A stretch of DNA of 64,000 bases from Camelus ferus (GCF_009834535.1 NC_045696.1:53632001-53696000); one strand, 5' to 3'; positions 26,039 through 40,304 are shown, counted from the first letter of the stretch. Program-made: numbers and translations. The notes: generated by a model from the sequence alone, not told the origin.

Positions 26039-26659
26039 AAAAACTACCAGGTCTCATGTTTCCAGGCAATTCTGGTGAAGGTGGCGATGGTGATGATGCA
26101 GGGTTGCACTGCTCCTGATGATTAGATCTATGATACGGGCTCAGGGTAAACGCTTTTTCCAAAACACTCTCATACAAATGCCCAGTGTACTGAAGAGCAC
26201 TCTTCTTTCATATCTAATCACCAAGCAAAGGAGACAGAAGAGGGAGCTGAAGTCCCTCCCTAGGCTCTGTAGGTTCACAGATAATAAAAATATTTTCATG
26301 CTGGTGAAAGGGGACTATTGCTGGCCTAGCCAATAAAGAAGGATATATACATTTTTTTCTAGATCACAAAGACATCTCTTAAAAGAAAGATGCTTCGGCC
26401 TTTGATTTAATATGCCGCTCTCTAGGGAGGCTACCCTATATACCACCAGGGGTGTCCGACAGCCAATCTTCCTTTACTGCACAAATACAGGGAGTGAGTG
26501 ACTGTCCAGAAAGTTGGCTGATGGGATAAATATTTCCAGAAAACTCAGGATCAGTTCTGAGACAAACAATGTCACTATACCTGTAGAGAAGCAGATTCAG
26601 AGTCTGGACACTGTCATTTTAGATGATGAAAATGAGAATAATAAATTATCTACAATAAT

Positions 26660-27130
26660 GCAATTAAGACGTTTTCACAACATTCATACTGGAACCATTA
26701 AAATTTTAATGTCCATTGACCAAAGAATGGATAAATGGATTGTGCAATAGTCACTCAGTGGAATATTATACACTGATGAGAAATCAATAAACATAATGCT
26801 GAGTAAAAAGTCCTAGAACACTATATATATTTGATATTATTTTATAAAGCTTAAAAACAAGTAAAATAAATTTATTGTTTCAGTACATATACACACATAG
26901 ATGTCACAGCTATTGCATCAAAAAGCAGATGAATAATAAACACAAAATTCAGAGTGATTACCCCTAAGAAGAGAAAAGGGGGTCAAACAGGAAAGGAGCA
27001 CACAGGTGGATGTAATTTGGGCGATACCCCAGCCCTTAGGTTGGCTATTCTTTATAAATTTTACTTTGCAATTTATATATCTGCGTGTGTAATAAGTATG
27101 TGTGCATAAACATCAATATGCATATATCCA
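26660..27130 (+). mobile_element. Old L1 (L1MC/ME-like) 3' fragment
   Basis: aatgtccattgaccaaagaatggataaat...gtggaatattatacac...cataatgctgagtaaaaa. Confidence 0.75.
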
Positions 27131-28189
27131 TAAATTATTACTTAAACAGAAAGTAAAATAATAGCAAAGTCTCAGCATTAATAGGTGTTATTCCTCCAAA
27201 ATATGAAAACAAGGTCACAGTTCTCAGTAACTGAGGATTAATTTTATAGGAATAATCAATAGCACATTGCATTTGAAAGGTAGCATTTATGCCCCTGATC
27301 TGCATTTTGTACCACTCGGTTGGCATCTTTTCCTAAATGTCTGTAGCACCCAGCATGCAACTGCATAATAATACTAAAGAAATACACATTTCATCGGTTT
27401 TCCTTGTTACGGATCAGGCAGTCTTGATGTTGACATAGACTAGTCCTGTCAGTTAATAGTATAAATCATTTATGCTGCAACATTACATACTCTAGATTAA
27501 GTCATCTGAGTCGTGTTGAAACTGTTGACTATCTTTACTGTTTTCTGAAACACATAGCATTTTGGTTCCTCACAAGGAAAAAGTTATACTAGGGCAGAAT
27601 ACATCCCCAATCATCTAAATTAAGAGTTAAGATAAACTGGTCCCAGCTGCTATGCTGTGCCTCAGAAATTACAGCAACTCCTGCTTATACCAAAGGATGT
27701 CAACCAAGTGTCCATTTTTCAATGTCTCTTTACCTCCACCACCAAAAGGCTCGATCTCTAAAATTTTATGAATTGTTGCTTAAATTCTGCTGGGAGAGGC
27801 ATGATAATTACCACTGCTTCTGCAGAGTTACAAATCTACTACATCGATTTTAGCCAGAAGATACATGTCTCAAAAAATCATTTCTTTTCTGTGTAAAGCC
27901 CTGATCTAATTATCCAGGAAGACTGGGTTTCCCTAGGTGCAGTGTTAGGCACCGGAGAAACTGCCTCAACTCTTTCAGGCTTCTAGTGCGGGAGATGCTA
28001 AAAATTTCAAAGGCGGCTCATCTCTTTCAGAATATGGTATACTCTCTTTTCAGTGATATGTACGTACCCACATGCACCGGGTCAGTTTCACTCTTAGGGG
28101 CATATGGATTCCCATAGCTCACTCACAGACTAAGGCACTGTGGGCTTATCTTGCTGTGGATTGTGTACCTGACACCCACATTTTCTTTG

Positions 28190-28900
28190 GGCCAACATGA
28201 GTGATAGGGGTAAGATTTAGGTTGAGTGTTTATCATCAGTTGCTTGAATTACTACCACAATCTCCTATCTGATCTCTCTGCTGCCAGTCCCATCAACCTC
28301 TGTCCCCAACACTGCTACAGGAATGATCTCTTGAAAGTGAAGATGTAATCATTTAACATACACAAACACTCATCACTCCCCACTGTGAAAACCATTTTAA
28401 AGCTCTTTATCACTATTAGGGAAAAAAAAATCACAAAATTCTTCTGCAGAGCATCCAAGACCCTTGGTAATCTAGCCCCCACTGCCCTCTGGGATTCATC
28501 TTTCACTATGTGCCTCACACCCGATGTCCTACGCACTCGACCATGCGGTTTCATACTCTGAGGCTTTGCACAATCGTTCCATCTGTCTGGAGTATCAGCT
28601 CATGGCTTTATTCTCAGGTACATAATTATTATTTATGTACTTTTTCTAAGAGCTGGAGTGGGTTTCACCTCTTTCAGGAAGCCCTCTCTAGCCTTCTCTC
28701 CTGTGTGTCAGATACTCTTCTGTTTTGCTCCCATGATACCCTAGGCAATCTCCTATTATAACATTTGTCAAACTGCCCTGTAGCAGGTGTCTCTTCTTCA
28801 GGCTGTGAGGTTCTTAATAGTACGGACTGGGTTTTTGTTACTTTATCCACAGTGACTGCAAAGGTATGCTAGACACAGTAGAAAAAAGAATGTTTGTGTG
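28190..28900 (+). mobile_element. LINE-2 3' fragment
   Basis: ccaagacccttggtaatctagcccc...caggaagccctctctag...ggctgtgaggttctt. Confidence 0.65.
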
Positions 28901-31900
28901 GAAAGAATAGGTGAAAAAAAGTAGCTGTCAAGAACAATGTGGTTCAGAGGAAGGAAAACTGAAGGGATGGCTGAAAACGTTTTCTCGTCTGCGATCTGCT
29001 ACTAATTTACTGTGAACTATTGAGAAAATAATTTTCTTTCCTGAATTTTTTTTCCCTTTATGGAAAAATGAGGTGGTTGGACTACATACTCTCAAGTGTC
29101 CCTTTCAACTTGAAATTTCAATTTTTATAAAGCTTTCTGTTTAGTTTCCCCATCTATGCAAAATATACATTATAGGTATGTTTCATGATTTGAAGAGAAA
29201 GGGAGGAAGAAAACGTTTGAATCACATGCACTCAACCAGGAGACACTCAGTAAAGTCCTCCCTCTAGTAACACTGGTGATAAGCTTTCTTGTTACTTTTT
29301 CTTTTTTTTTTTTTTGCTGTGAAGCAAAAATAAGAATAAATTTCTCCTATGTTATCCACTGTCGTTTTTAAGTAAGGAGGTAAGCGGACAATGGAAACAC
29401 AGCTACCCAGTTTACATTCCTTAATTCTTTTTTTAACAATGATTTACATTCCTAAAATGGGATTTCAAACAGAAAATAAAATAGAAAAGGCCTACTCCTA
29501 GCAAAAAGCTTAGAAATGAGGACAGGGACCGTATCTGTTTTGCTAACCATAGTTTCCCTGGTTCCAGACACCTATTGGTTACTCAGTAAACATTTACTGA
29601 ATGACAAGTATCTCTTCACATTTCTATTCAAGGCATGGAGACCACAGTTTAGCTAAGATTAGTAATACAGGAGAATTTTATTAATTTGACTTCTAATGTT
29701 GCCAAATGTGTGTTTAGATATGGGCTGGATGGAGTACCTATAAAGAAAGGATTTGTGAAGCTTATCTGGCTGCTCTTGGTAAGTTTCAGAATGCAGGTTT
29801 AGAAACCATCAAGGAAAAAAGATTCCAAGTGTTATTTTTTTGTAAGTGATCAATGTATTAACTATATTCGATTTTAACCTGTTCACTGGAGCAATCACCC
29901 TAAAGAACTGCCTTAGAGCACTCTTTGAAATCTTATTGCTGTGTAAGATGCTAGTATATTGTTCTTTCAGCAAGGTCTTTAGCTGAAACCCCTGATTTAG
30001 ATAAAGGAAAAATTTAAGTACAAGTATTTTTGTAAGTGCATTTTCCGCTAAAAATAAATGTTTAAAATAAATGTATGTCCAACTTACCAACAGATATAGT
30101 TATTTCAGATGTATAGAGCACTAAAAGTTAGGTGCTTGACAGAATGTAAGGATGAGTGAGTCCTAAGGATGAATGAGACCCCAAACATATCATAATCTAG
30201 GAAAATGCATGAGAAATACACTTGAAGGATAAAAGGTACCATATTCATGGCATGGCAAATACTACTCTTGTTCTGTATAGAGGGCTGGATGAAGGGAGTA
30301 TAGGATCTCTTTCTTTGCATGGTATTCAGAGAAGTTATCAGAAAAGAGGTAGGATATAGGTTTGTCCTTGAAAGATGGTTATAGTTTCAATAAGTGAAAG
30401 GAGAGAGGAAGGCATCTCTGGCAGGGAGAACTATGTGGAAAAGTCTAGAATCCAGCCAACACAGAGCATGTGTGAGGGACAAGCCTGGGGACAAGTGAGG
30501 TCACAGAGCAGGAGCTTCCGCAGCAAAGAGCAGAGGCAGATCCCCCACACGGTGAAAGCCACAGGTAGCACGCTGCCCTTCCTTCAGGGCTCGGTGAGCA
30601 TCCTGTGAGAAGGCCACAGATGGAGAGACGGCCTCACAGAGCTGTTGTGTAACTTAGTCGTGCTTTGGGACAGAACTGCAGGGGTGGTGTTAAAGGAAGA
30701 ACAAGGAAAGGAAGAAAACTGGAGAAGAACCAAAGCAGCATAGGGATCTCTTTGGAAAATAGATGCATGAAAGAAAGAGTCGTGAGAAACGAATGCATTA
30801 CTGAGAAAACGATGCTGTCACAGTGAGAAAAGACAAGTCAGGGGAGTGAGTGGATTCACCCAGAAGATGAGAAAGCTGTTTTGTTCATTTTTTTTTTTAA
30901 TGCTCAAGTTCAAAGTATAAAGTGCTGAATTTCAGGGAGCAAGGGGTCAAGCAAAAAAAAGGTGGGGGGCCGTTGGAGCTTGTGAGTTTGTGTGATTTGG
31001 GGACCAGGTCAGGAGGAGGTCAGGGCTGGTTATACCAGTTCTTCGGAGATTTCTGACAGTGTTATCACAGCCTCAGGGCCTCAGGACCCGTAGTGCAATG
31101 TACATATTTAAAATGCTGGGAAAACATCTCTAATTGGGGACCTATCCCCCTTACATTTGTTACCACTTTTCTCCTTTTGGTCACCAGGTTTTTCCCTACC
31201 TTAGTTGGAAACACGGTATGCCCAAATCAATGCGTCATAATTCAGCAGTTTGAATTCAGGTAGAAGTGCAACACTTGAGAGTTAAAACTGTGAATGGCTT
31301 TTAGAAAAAGAAACAATAGCAATTGACAGATGACTTTGGTGTAAACAACTGAGACTCTTAATGTCACCCAGTGACACCCACTAAGCCCATGAAGAAAGTG
31401 CCCGTGGTGCTCCTTCCAAAGCAGCCTGGCATCCCAGGCAAAGAGCTGGTTTCTGCCACTGTTACTGCACCTTCTGAGCCTTCCTGGAAAGGATGCAGCT
31501 CTTCTGCTTACGGGATGGGAATGACTTATTGCTTGGGGTCCCTTAGCTGCAGGAAGGGTCCTGACCCCCTTTACACACAGTCAGTGTGCTCACTATCCTG
31601 CCTGGGTCCTGGAAAATCATTTCCTTTCTTCCCATTCAGTCTGGGGAGGTCAGGAGGAAACACCAAAATGCCTATTTTCATCTTCAGATTTAGAAAGTAC
31701 TAAATCAGTTTAATGCTGATTTCCTCCTAAAAAGTAGACAGGTGCATTAAAGACACAAATGAAAAATAGTTATGAGTCATTCATTTATCCTTTCCAGAGA
31801 TTTTTATCATGGTCCTGTGGCACGCTTATTAAGAACTTAAACTTTTGTTGACTCCATTTAGCTGGCAGTCTGGAAAATGCCAGTGATAAGTAGTGTTCCT

Positions 31901-33229
31901 TGAGGAGCTCAGCGTATACTTTTCTCTCTTCCTTGATAATTCCAGAAATACCAGGGAGAGGGTGATAATGTCTACGATAATGAGTGTGCCTTGGGAAATC
32001 GCTAAACTTTAGAATCCACAAGAAAGCACATCTTCCTCTCTCTGCAGAGTTGTAGCCTTCCTCCTTTGCTCTGCTCAAGCTCAGGGAATCTCAAAATGTA
32101 ATCACTTCTCTGGCCAGCTGAGGGCGCAATCGCTCTGCTTTTGTGAATACACCCCACCTAACAATGCTTTTGGAAAAGAGCTGTCCAGCCATCTGCAGAG
32201 AAGGGGCATACAGATAAAGAGGGGGCCAGGAGGCAGAGGAGAGGGGGCCAGCAAATCTAAAACCTGTAACACAGAGCAGCCCCAAACAGTTTTGAGAAGT
32301 ATGAAAAGAATGACATTTCATGCATAAAACTCAAGAGCTTTTGTGTGATGAAGTGTATCAAGTTTACAGAACAGAGTGACTTCAATTTTGTTGACATGTG
32401 TGGTAGGGTTAAGAAACATTTATTTTCTGTAATTTTAAATACCTATCTAATTTCCACAAATGTGCATCAATTTAAAAAAGCAAAATAAACTTATAAGGCT
32501 GACTTTGAGTTTCTCAGCCTAGAAATACACTGATAGGAGCTGTATTGGTTTTATAATTTTTCACCCTAGTTTAGGTACAAAGTAATGTGAAACAAAAAAA
32601 AAAAATCATAGTGTCTTCTGGGAGTACACATTTTCTCTCACTCTGAATGCACATCCTGATCATTCATAATTCATTAATATGAGGCTAAAACGGCAACCCT
32701 CCAGATCTCACCCAATGACTTCATAATATAAGACAGCTAAAATATTCATTTGCTGGACGTGTTCCCTATAGGAGAGTAGAAGGTTATCTGTGGGATGTCA
32801 ATATTTACCTAGCGCATGCTTAACTTCTATTCTCAGCCCAGACCACACTCTGGAGCAACTTAGGTGTGATAAAAATCATCTCTGCTATTGGAAACCAACT
32901 ATGTCTGCAGAGTGCTGACAGCTCTTGATTTTTCTCTTTCAATACTGTTTGGAAGCCCATGATAAACCTGTTGAGTCACGACGTCTACACATATATAACT
33001 GAGTCAGTCTTTCTACCAGGAGGTTTACCTACTTAATTCACTTTGTAGACCTCCAGACAAGTCTTTTCACTAAGGCGGTCATGGATCCTAGGGCCCGCCT
33101 CTTTATTTAGGAAAGCAACTCTGCCCAAGAAATTCCTGTAAGTCTCAAGGTACAGGAGGGGTAAAAGTCCACAAAGAGACCAATTCATCAAAATCACAGA
33201 TGTGAGACCGGAAGGATGATTACAGACAA

Positions 33230-33800
33230 TTCAATGTATGTGCTATTGCCAGACTAACCTTGTGAAAGCACAAATGGATTCATTTCACTTCCCTTCCTGT
33301 TATGCGCAGCACAAACCCATTCTCCTTGGCCTAAAGTTGACAGCCTCCTTGAACTGGCACCAGCCAGCGCTTCCAATCTTCTCCACATCCCTCCATCTCT
33401 ATATCCCTCCATCCGTGGTAGGTCCCCCCCCTCTCTAGAATTCAAACAGATTCAAGAGTGGCCAGGTTTAGTTTAAGCACTTCAGCTCCCCAGCTCCACA
33501 GGACTCGATGCATCTTTGCTGATCCAACCTAAATACAGCGACTGCAGGAAAGTTTCCCTAATACCCTCCGGGGACTTTGTTCTCTTTCTCAACACGCATC
33601 ACGCCTAGTCTCTTTTATAGACACTTAATTCTTTCTCCTGACAATGTAGGTCTTTATGGACATATATCTTCCACCAGCCATAAGCTGACTGAAAGTAGAC
33701 ACTGAACCTGACGCATCTTTCTATCCTCTACAACGTGCAGGACATGGCCAGCACTCACGGTCACCTCATTGAGTCTTTACTGAATGAATGAACAAATGAA
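33230..33800 (+). mobile_element. LINE-2 3' fragment
   Basis: L2 body motifs ending in a tactgaatgaatgaacaaatgaat tail. Confidence 0.6.
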
Positions 33801-35007
33801 TTAATTCACAGTTTCTACTAAAACAAATTTACTTTCTAAAGAGATATCTGATAAACTGAATGGTGTTCAAGCAATTCTGTTCCATACAAAATTAACTACA
33901 AGTCAACCATCTAAATGCAGAGGAGTTAGCACCTTGCTGAAGAGACCTTGCTCAATTTAGTAGGTAAATGCTTACATGGCTCTTTTGAGAAGAGAGGATT
34001 CAAAATACGAGAAAAAAAGCCTCAGAAGTCCCTTTGCTAGAAACCCTCACCTTTCTTGAAAAAATTATGGAGAACTTTACAAAATACTGCTTGGTGCCCA
34101 CAAATTCTAACAGGACTTCAGGCCTCAATCAGGGAAGGAGTGATAGGGGCCTCTTTGAAATTGTCTTTCTCATTTTGCTTCATTTTAATAGTGAGGCACA
34201 GAGACAGAACTCCAGGGAAGCAAAATAAAGCCTCCCTAACAGCTAAGTCACATATATGTGTGCATATCATTAGTGTTAATTATGTATAATATATATTTAC
34301 ATCAAGTATTTATAATGGAGACAAGAGGTTCAGCTATGCAGTAGGATTTGAGATTCAAAGCACTCAGACTTCAAGAGAGCAGATTTTACTTTGGCAATAG
34401 AGTTGAGTTTTTAAGTTTTTCCAAGTCTTCCTTTAGTACTTTAAGAGAAATCGAGTAACTAGTTTACTCTCACCCTCTACCCTCTTGTTAGCCAAATAAA
34501 GAGTTTTATGAGTTTTTCTACAACCTTCAAAATAGGTACACATTTGAGTACCTAAAAGCAAATAATCCATCCTGTTGATTCAACAGTTATTTTGGACACT
34601 GTGATGACTAAGAACAGATGTGTGGGATACAGCCACAGCCCTCCTCATTCAGATGGGAAGACAATTCTACCACGGAAGCAAACTAGCACACATTTATGCC
34701 AATATATAATAATAAAAATAAATGGCATGGGTCAATGTGTATTCAGGAAAGGAAGAGTTAGTGATGACTTCAAAGTTTCTAAGAAACTTGACTGGAATTT
34801 CACGTGAGTCAAGATGGATCCGAGCAGGAGGAGAATTGGGTGAAAACCAATTTATAAAGTGTGGACAACTAAACAAGGACAGGGTTGAACATGGCATGTT
34901 ACTGGATACTAAGAAAACTGAACTGATACATAGTAAGCATTTATTGAGTAGTTACAATGTGGCAGGTGTTGCACCAAAGCATCTGAGGGAACGGGTTGCA
35001 CCAGGGT

Positions 35008-35185
35008 TAGTGGTGCCTAAGGTGTGGTGTCCCAGGCCAGCAGCATCAGCAGAACCTGGAGACTGGCTACAAGTGCAAATTCTCAGGTAGGACCTGATTA
35101 CAAATTCATCAGAAGTAGAATTGGGGCCTAGGAATTTTAACAAGCCTTCCTGATATTTCTGATGCTCCCTAAAGTTTGAACACTG
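35008..35185 (+). mobile_element. hAT-Charlie MITE, MER5A-like
   Basis: tagtggtgcctaaggtgtggt..ccagcagcatcagca..tgcaaattctcagg..ttttaacaagcc..aaagtttgaacactg. Confidence 0.85.
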
Positions 35186-35868
35186 CTGTATTGGAGGAAA
35201 GTAGAAACATCCCTGACCAGGCAGTGTGAGACCCAGAATTCCAAGCAGAACTGCATTAGAGGCATTAGAATTACAAGACCAATGGCGTCAAGAAAGTGGT
35301 GTTTATTTTGTTCAGGTTACTCAGAAGAAATATTAGCAGAAGCTAAAAGTCTGAAAAGAATTATTACTGGAATCTGAAATCTCTACAACAGTTCCCTTAA
35401 GCCATACAGCTTTTGGAAAATAAGAGACAAGTTTAATGAAACAATTCCATCTTTTGAGAAAAGTCAGTCACTCTTCTTAAAGAAGTTTCAATTAGATGCC
35501 AATCTAATTTCTCCTCTCTGACTCTGTATTCTCTCTGCCTTCTCTCTAATTTAGAATCTAATTCAACAGAGTCAAGAACTCTGTACTTTGCCCAGAACTA
35601 CTGGGTAGACCTTCTAGTCTACCATTTTTAGTGTTCTTGATTTTTTTACACAAACTTCAGCCATTACGATGAAGAGAAACATCTTACATAGTGCCTGGAT
35701 ATTATATATTTTCATTTTAATATTCAACATTGAAATAAATCCAAATTTCAGAGCTATTTATTGCAAATATAACTCTTGCCTGTAATTCACACACACACAC
35801 ACACACACATAAATGTACATATCTTTATAGATATGGGTGTATCCATTTTAAATGTGTATTTTCCATTT

Positions 35869-35906
35869 AAAAGTGCTCTCAGAAAAAAAAAAAAAAGTGC
35901 TCTCAG
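35869..35906 (+). mobile_element. Poly(A)-only retrotransposition scar with 14-bp TSD
   Basis: AAAAGTGCTCTCAG (35869-35882) + A10 + AAAAGTGCTCTCAG (35893-35906), preceded by TTT. Confidence 0.8.
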
Positions 35907-36370
35907 GAAGGAAAAGCTCTGTACTTGGCTCAGGTGTCAAGAGTGATGGGGATGGGAAGGGCACCATTACAGAGGCATGAAGGATGAGCTGGTTATTGGT
36001 TACTTCAGGTAAGAAGACAAAGCAAATTTAAGACAGCAATAGGCAAAGTCTGAAACGCAATGATAAGCAAGATTTTAGACAGGTAAGCATTTTAAAAAGA
36101 GTTTTTAAAAAGCTAAAAGCTGAATGTTCCAAGAATCAAGTTAAGTCAAAGGTGTCCACACAACGATGGGTAGTTCCAGGTACACTGTTGCCTGCAGTAC
36201 ATGATAAACTTTCTTTCTTAGCCTACAGCTATTTGAAGAAGCCTCTGCCCCTGGGCAGGGTTTTCTGGAAGATAAAGGAGACTGGCCAGGTCACAGAGGT
36301 CTAGGGGGTGGGAAATGTCTATTCTCTAGAAGCCGGCACCATCCGGCCCTTCAGTCTAAATGATAAATAA

Positions 36371-36997
36371 CAGTTGATCCTCGTTATTTGGGGATTCCGT
36401 ATTTGAGAACTGGCCTACTCACTACAATGCATTTGTAATCCCCAAATCAGCACTTGCTGTGCTTTCCCCGTCCTGTGTGGATGTGCACAGAGCAACGAAA
36501 CACTGGACATGGTCACACAACATGCACGTTCCCAGCTGAGCTGTCCTCTCGATTCAGCTCACAGACTAGACATAAGCATTCTTTCAATGTATTCAATGCC
36601 ACAGTTTTCACATTTTTGTGTGTTTCATCGGGGATTTGGCTCTTTCAAATGGCCCCCAAGTGTGGCACTGAAGTGCTGTCTACTGTCCCTGAGTACAAGA
36701 AGGCCGCGATGAGCCTTATGGATGTGAATTAGACAAGCTTCACTCATGCATGAGTTATGTGCTGTTGGTGTCAGTTCAGTGTTAATGAGCCAACAACATC
36801 CATTCAATGATGTGTCTTTAAACAGAAACACACATAAAACAAGGTTGTATACTGATCAGCTGATGAAATGTTGTGACCACAGGCTTGCAGGGACCTAACC
36901 CTGTATTTACCTTAGAAGCAATGGTTCAGTATTCACGAATTCAGTATTCATGGCAATTTTACAGAACATAACAAGTGCAAAAAATAAGAACCAACTG
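36371..36997. mobile_element. Tigger-family non-autonomous DNA transposon, MER82-like
   Basis: TIRs cagttgatcctcgttattt / aaataagaaccaactg; internal aacagaaacacacataaaacaaggtt; 627 bp. Confidence 0.85.
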
Positions 36998-38797
36998 CAT
37001 TTTGCATATAATTTTGAGTATTAATTCAAACATTAAGTGCCCCATTTTTGTTTGCACTCCCCCATCCTATATATGTTTGCTGTTATGCTCACAATTCTTT
37101 AGGGAAGGGGACCAGGGTAGAAAATAATGTGTAGAGAGTGACTTGCAACTTCCATCTAAGTATTTTGAGCATTAAGGATTAAAATTTTGCTATTATAATT
37201 GGAATGGCATGGGGACCCAGAGTATGATTTATATGTGCCTTTATTTATAATTAATATCTCTAAAACATCAACCAACATTAGTCATGAGGCACTTCTAGGA
37301 GTTTTCTGATTAAGAAAGAAACAAAGCTTTGATACATCACTGCCTAAATGATAAAATTCAACTCATTATCTTAGAAATTTAACACACAAGGACCAGTTGG
37401 GACCCTCAGTATCACAGTGAGTATTGGAGAAGTACCTTTAAATGTTTTCTTACATGCACCAAACAGCATTTCACTGACTGTTTTCTGTTCCAAAGAAATA
37501 CAGAGGGATAAAAGCATAGTCCCAATGTAAGTACAATCGCCAGAGACAGATTCAGCTTGGTGCTGCATCAAACATACAGAAAGTCCCACAGAGTTTTGTC
37601 CTGATCAGCTTTTGAGCAAAACAGAGCATGGCAAGCAGGACGGAGGCAGAAGTGGGTCTAAATCCTACAACACCCATACTACCTGCAGTTTGAAGGCTTC
37701 TGGAAGCCAAACAAAGAAGGTGGATTGAAAAGCTTGAGGGCCACCAAGAAAAGGCAACAAAACAAAACAAAACCAAACTATAACCTGTGTCTGTGATAAA
37801 GGTCAATCTCTTATCCATCACAGGTAAGAAATTATAAAAGGGATTTTTTATCTTTTTCCCTGTTTTATGTTTTTGGCTCCATGCAAACACATTTCCAACA
37901 AGTGACAGTATTAAAATCCAGATAATTCCCCAGTAATACCTCTAAAGGTCTTGAGAACCAGAAACTGGTGAGACAGGCCTCTGTACGTGTGTCTGGCGTA
38001 TGCAAGCATCTCCGTCTCTGTCTCCATTCTGCTCCTGCTCCTCCTCGTCCCCTACCCCCTCAACACACTTCACACCATCTTTGTAGTCAGAACTCTGCAG
38101 ACTCAGGTCACATAAGGGCATTAAGAATCTGGCTCAGTTACTACTGTGATTTAGAGCATGTGTATGGAAAGGTGTTGCCTTTTCTGATTTACCAGTGAAA
38201 AGAAACTGAAAGAATAAATCAAACCAGAGCGCTCCCTCACATTAGGAGAGTTAAAGGATGGTGGTGAGAGGGAGGCAGGGCTAGTGACGCTCTGTCTCCT
38301 GTTGCTCCATTCTGCATCAAGGCTGCTGACACAAGAGGACCTCAGGGCTCAATCTATTGATGATCCAATGTCAAGGGGATTAGAAGAATGACAGAGATAA
38401 GCACACAGGACTTTGGGTATTTATTTAGTCAGTTAGGTTGTTTTGTGTTGGGCTGAAACTCTTAGGATGGAAATACACTTTTTGAAGTGATTAAAGAGGG
38501 TGATTTCCTACTGAAGAAGTTTCTCCTCAGTGCACCACTAGACTACATTGTCAAGTCTACTCACACTGAATATGCCACTGAAACTCTCCAGGACAGAAAG
38601 TTAACCTGCCAACAAGTAGTAAGACAAGAGGAGGGATTTCTGACTTTCTAAGAGGTGGTGACACTCAGTATGGATTCCAGCATCTAAGGAACAGGTGCCG
38701 CCTTCTGGGACTCAGGAAGGGAACCATATAAGCTCACAAAATGCTGCAGCCTGGAGAGGAATTTGCCCCACAGGAGGCAGAGGTATCATCCTCATCA

Positions 38798-38825
38798 GAA
38801 AAAAAAAAAAAAAAAAAAAAAAAAA
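38798..38825. repeat. A28 homopolymer
   Basis: Pure A run; no flanking duplication seen. Confidence 0.95.
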
Positions 38826-40304
38826 GAGAGTAAGAAAGCCATTCCCTATGATGGCTCCAGGGGCATGAAGCCTCTGAGGCATCTCAAATAGAGGGAGGAG
38901 TCAGTTCATCAGGTAGACGATCAGGTGGACATGGGGGAGAGACAGTGATGTGCTGGAGCTGCTGCAGAAGCACGCAGACCCCAGTGAGGAAGCCAGCCTG
39001 TCTCCTGGGACCACCCTGGCTTATTAATACAGATGTGTCACATCAGAAGACTTGGCCACCTACATGTGTTTCAGAACTTAGGCTCGTGTTTTTCAAGCAG
39101 TAGCAAAAACATCAGTATTTGGAGAAAGGACGTAGTGCAAAGTGTCCCTGAGACAGACTTTTATTTTTTTTAACCTTGCAGGCTTTCAAGAATGACAGAA
39201 CAAAAGAAAAAGGCAGGAGTGGGTTTTCCTTCTACTCTACAAACAAATTCTCCTTTTCCAGGATATTATCACCAGGTAGAGGGGATTTCTTTGAAAACAC
39301 ATTACTGATACCCACAAAATTACAGGTGTTCTTACTTTACAGGGAAAACATATAATAAAAAAGCACTAAGAAAACTGTATTTGAGAGTCATTTTTAAACT
39401 ATATTTTGCTTTCAAAGTATCTCTATTTCCAAACCAGGAAGCCCCTGCCCCTTGGAGTTTAAATCTGAGTCCTCTTAGACACAAAAAGCCACAAATGCAC
39501 ACGTTCATGTGTTTCATGAATGCTAACCTACGCAGTAGTTAAAACAGACACAAATTTAGTCCTCAAGGAGTGTGCAGTCTATGATTAATAGGATCTACAT
39601 AATAAAGAGACTTTTCAATCAAAAGTAAAAGTATATATATTTTTTAATATCAATGAGGTCCATCATGGTAGAATGTTTTGACCTACGAATAAAACAAAAA
39701 TGAAGTAATAAACATTGTCCTTAACTAGCCAGATGGAATTGATTTCATGGACTGTGCCTAACTGGCAGAGTGTTTCAGAAAATAAACAAGTAAAAGTAAA
39801 AAACTTCCAGGTCTAGGGAAGCAGGTAAGAAAAGGAGGTGTGAGTGATGGAAATTCATCAGTGTGATGAGTGGGTACGTAAGAGGACCAATGAGATAAGA
39901 GGTGTTGGTTGACACAGAGTCCCTCGTGAGAGGTTTTGAACAGGGTGAGGACAAGAGGAAGTGCCACTGAGACATGAGGCCCTGGAAACTTATGGTGACT
40001 TTTTAAAGGGCTGGAGAGAGCTGCAGGGCTCTATGGTCAAAGTGGTGAATAAAAAAGGAAATTTGAACTAGAGTGTTCAGAACAAGAGAAGATTCAGATG
40101 TTTAGATATCATACCTGGATATACAGAGATTCATCGATCTAGAGCTACAAGGGACTTTGGCCTCATTGAGCCCGAAGGATTCATCTCACGGATTAAGATA
40201 CTGGACCTCAGATGTGGAAATGTGTGAGGTCATGAAGCCAAAGGCAGAGGAGGACGAGAACCCACATTTCCTGATTCAAAGACCTAGGCTTTCTTCTCTT
40301 CTAA

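Noticed and set aside
38798..38825. A28 run (and T runs at about 15543 and 58693) as further poly(A)-only insertions
   Set aside because: No flanking target-site duplication visible
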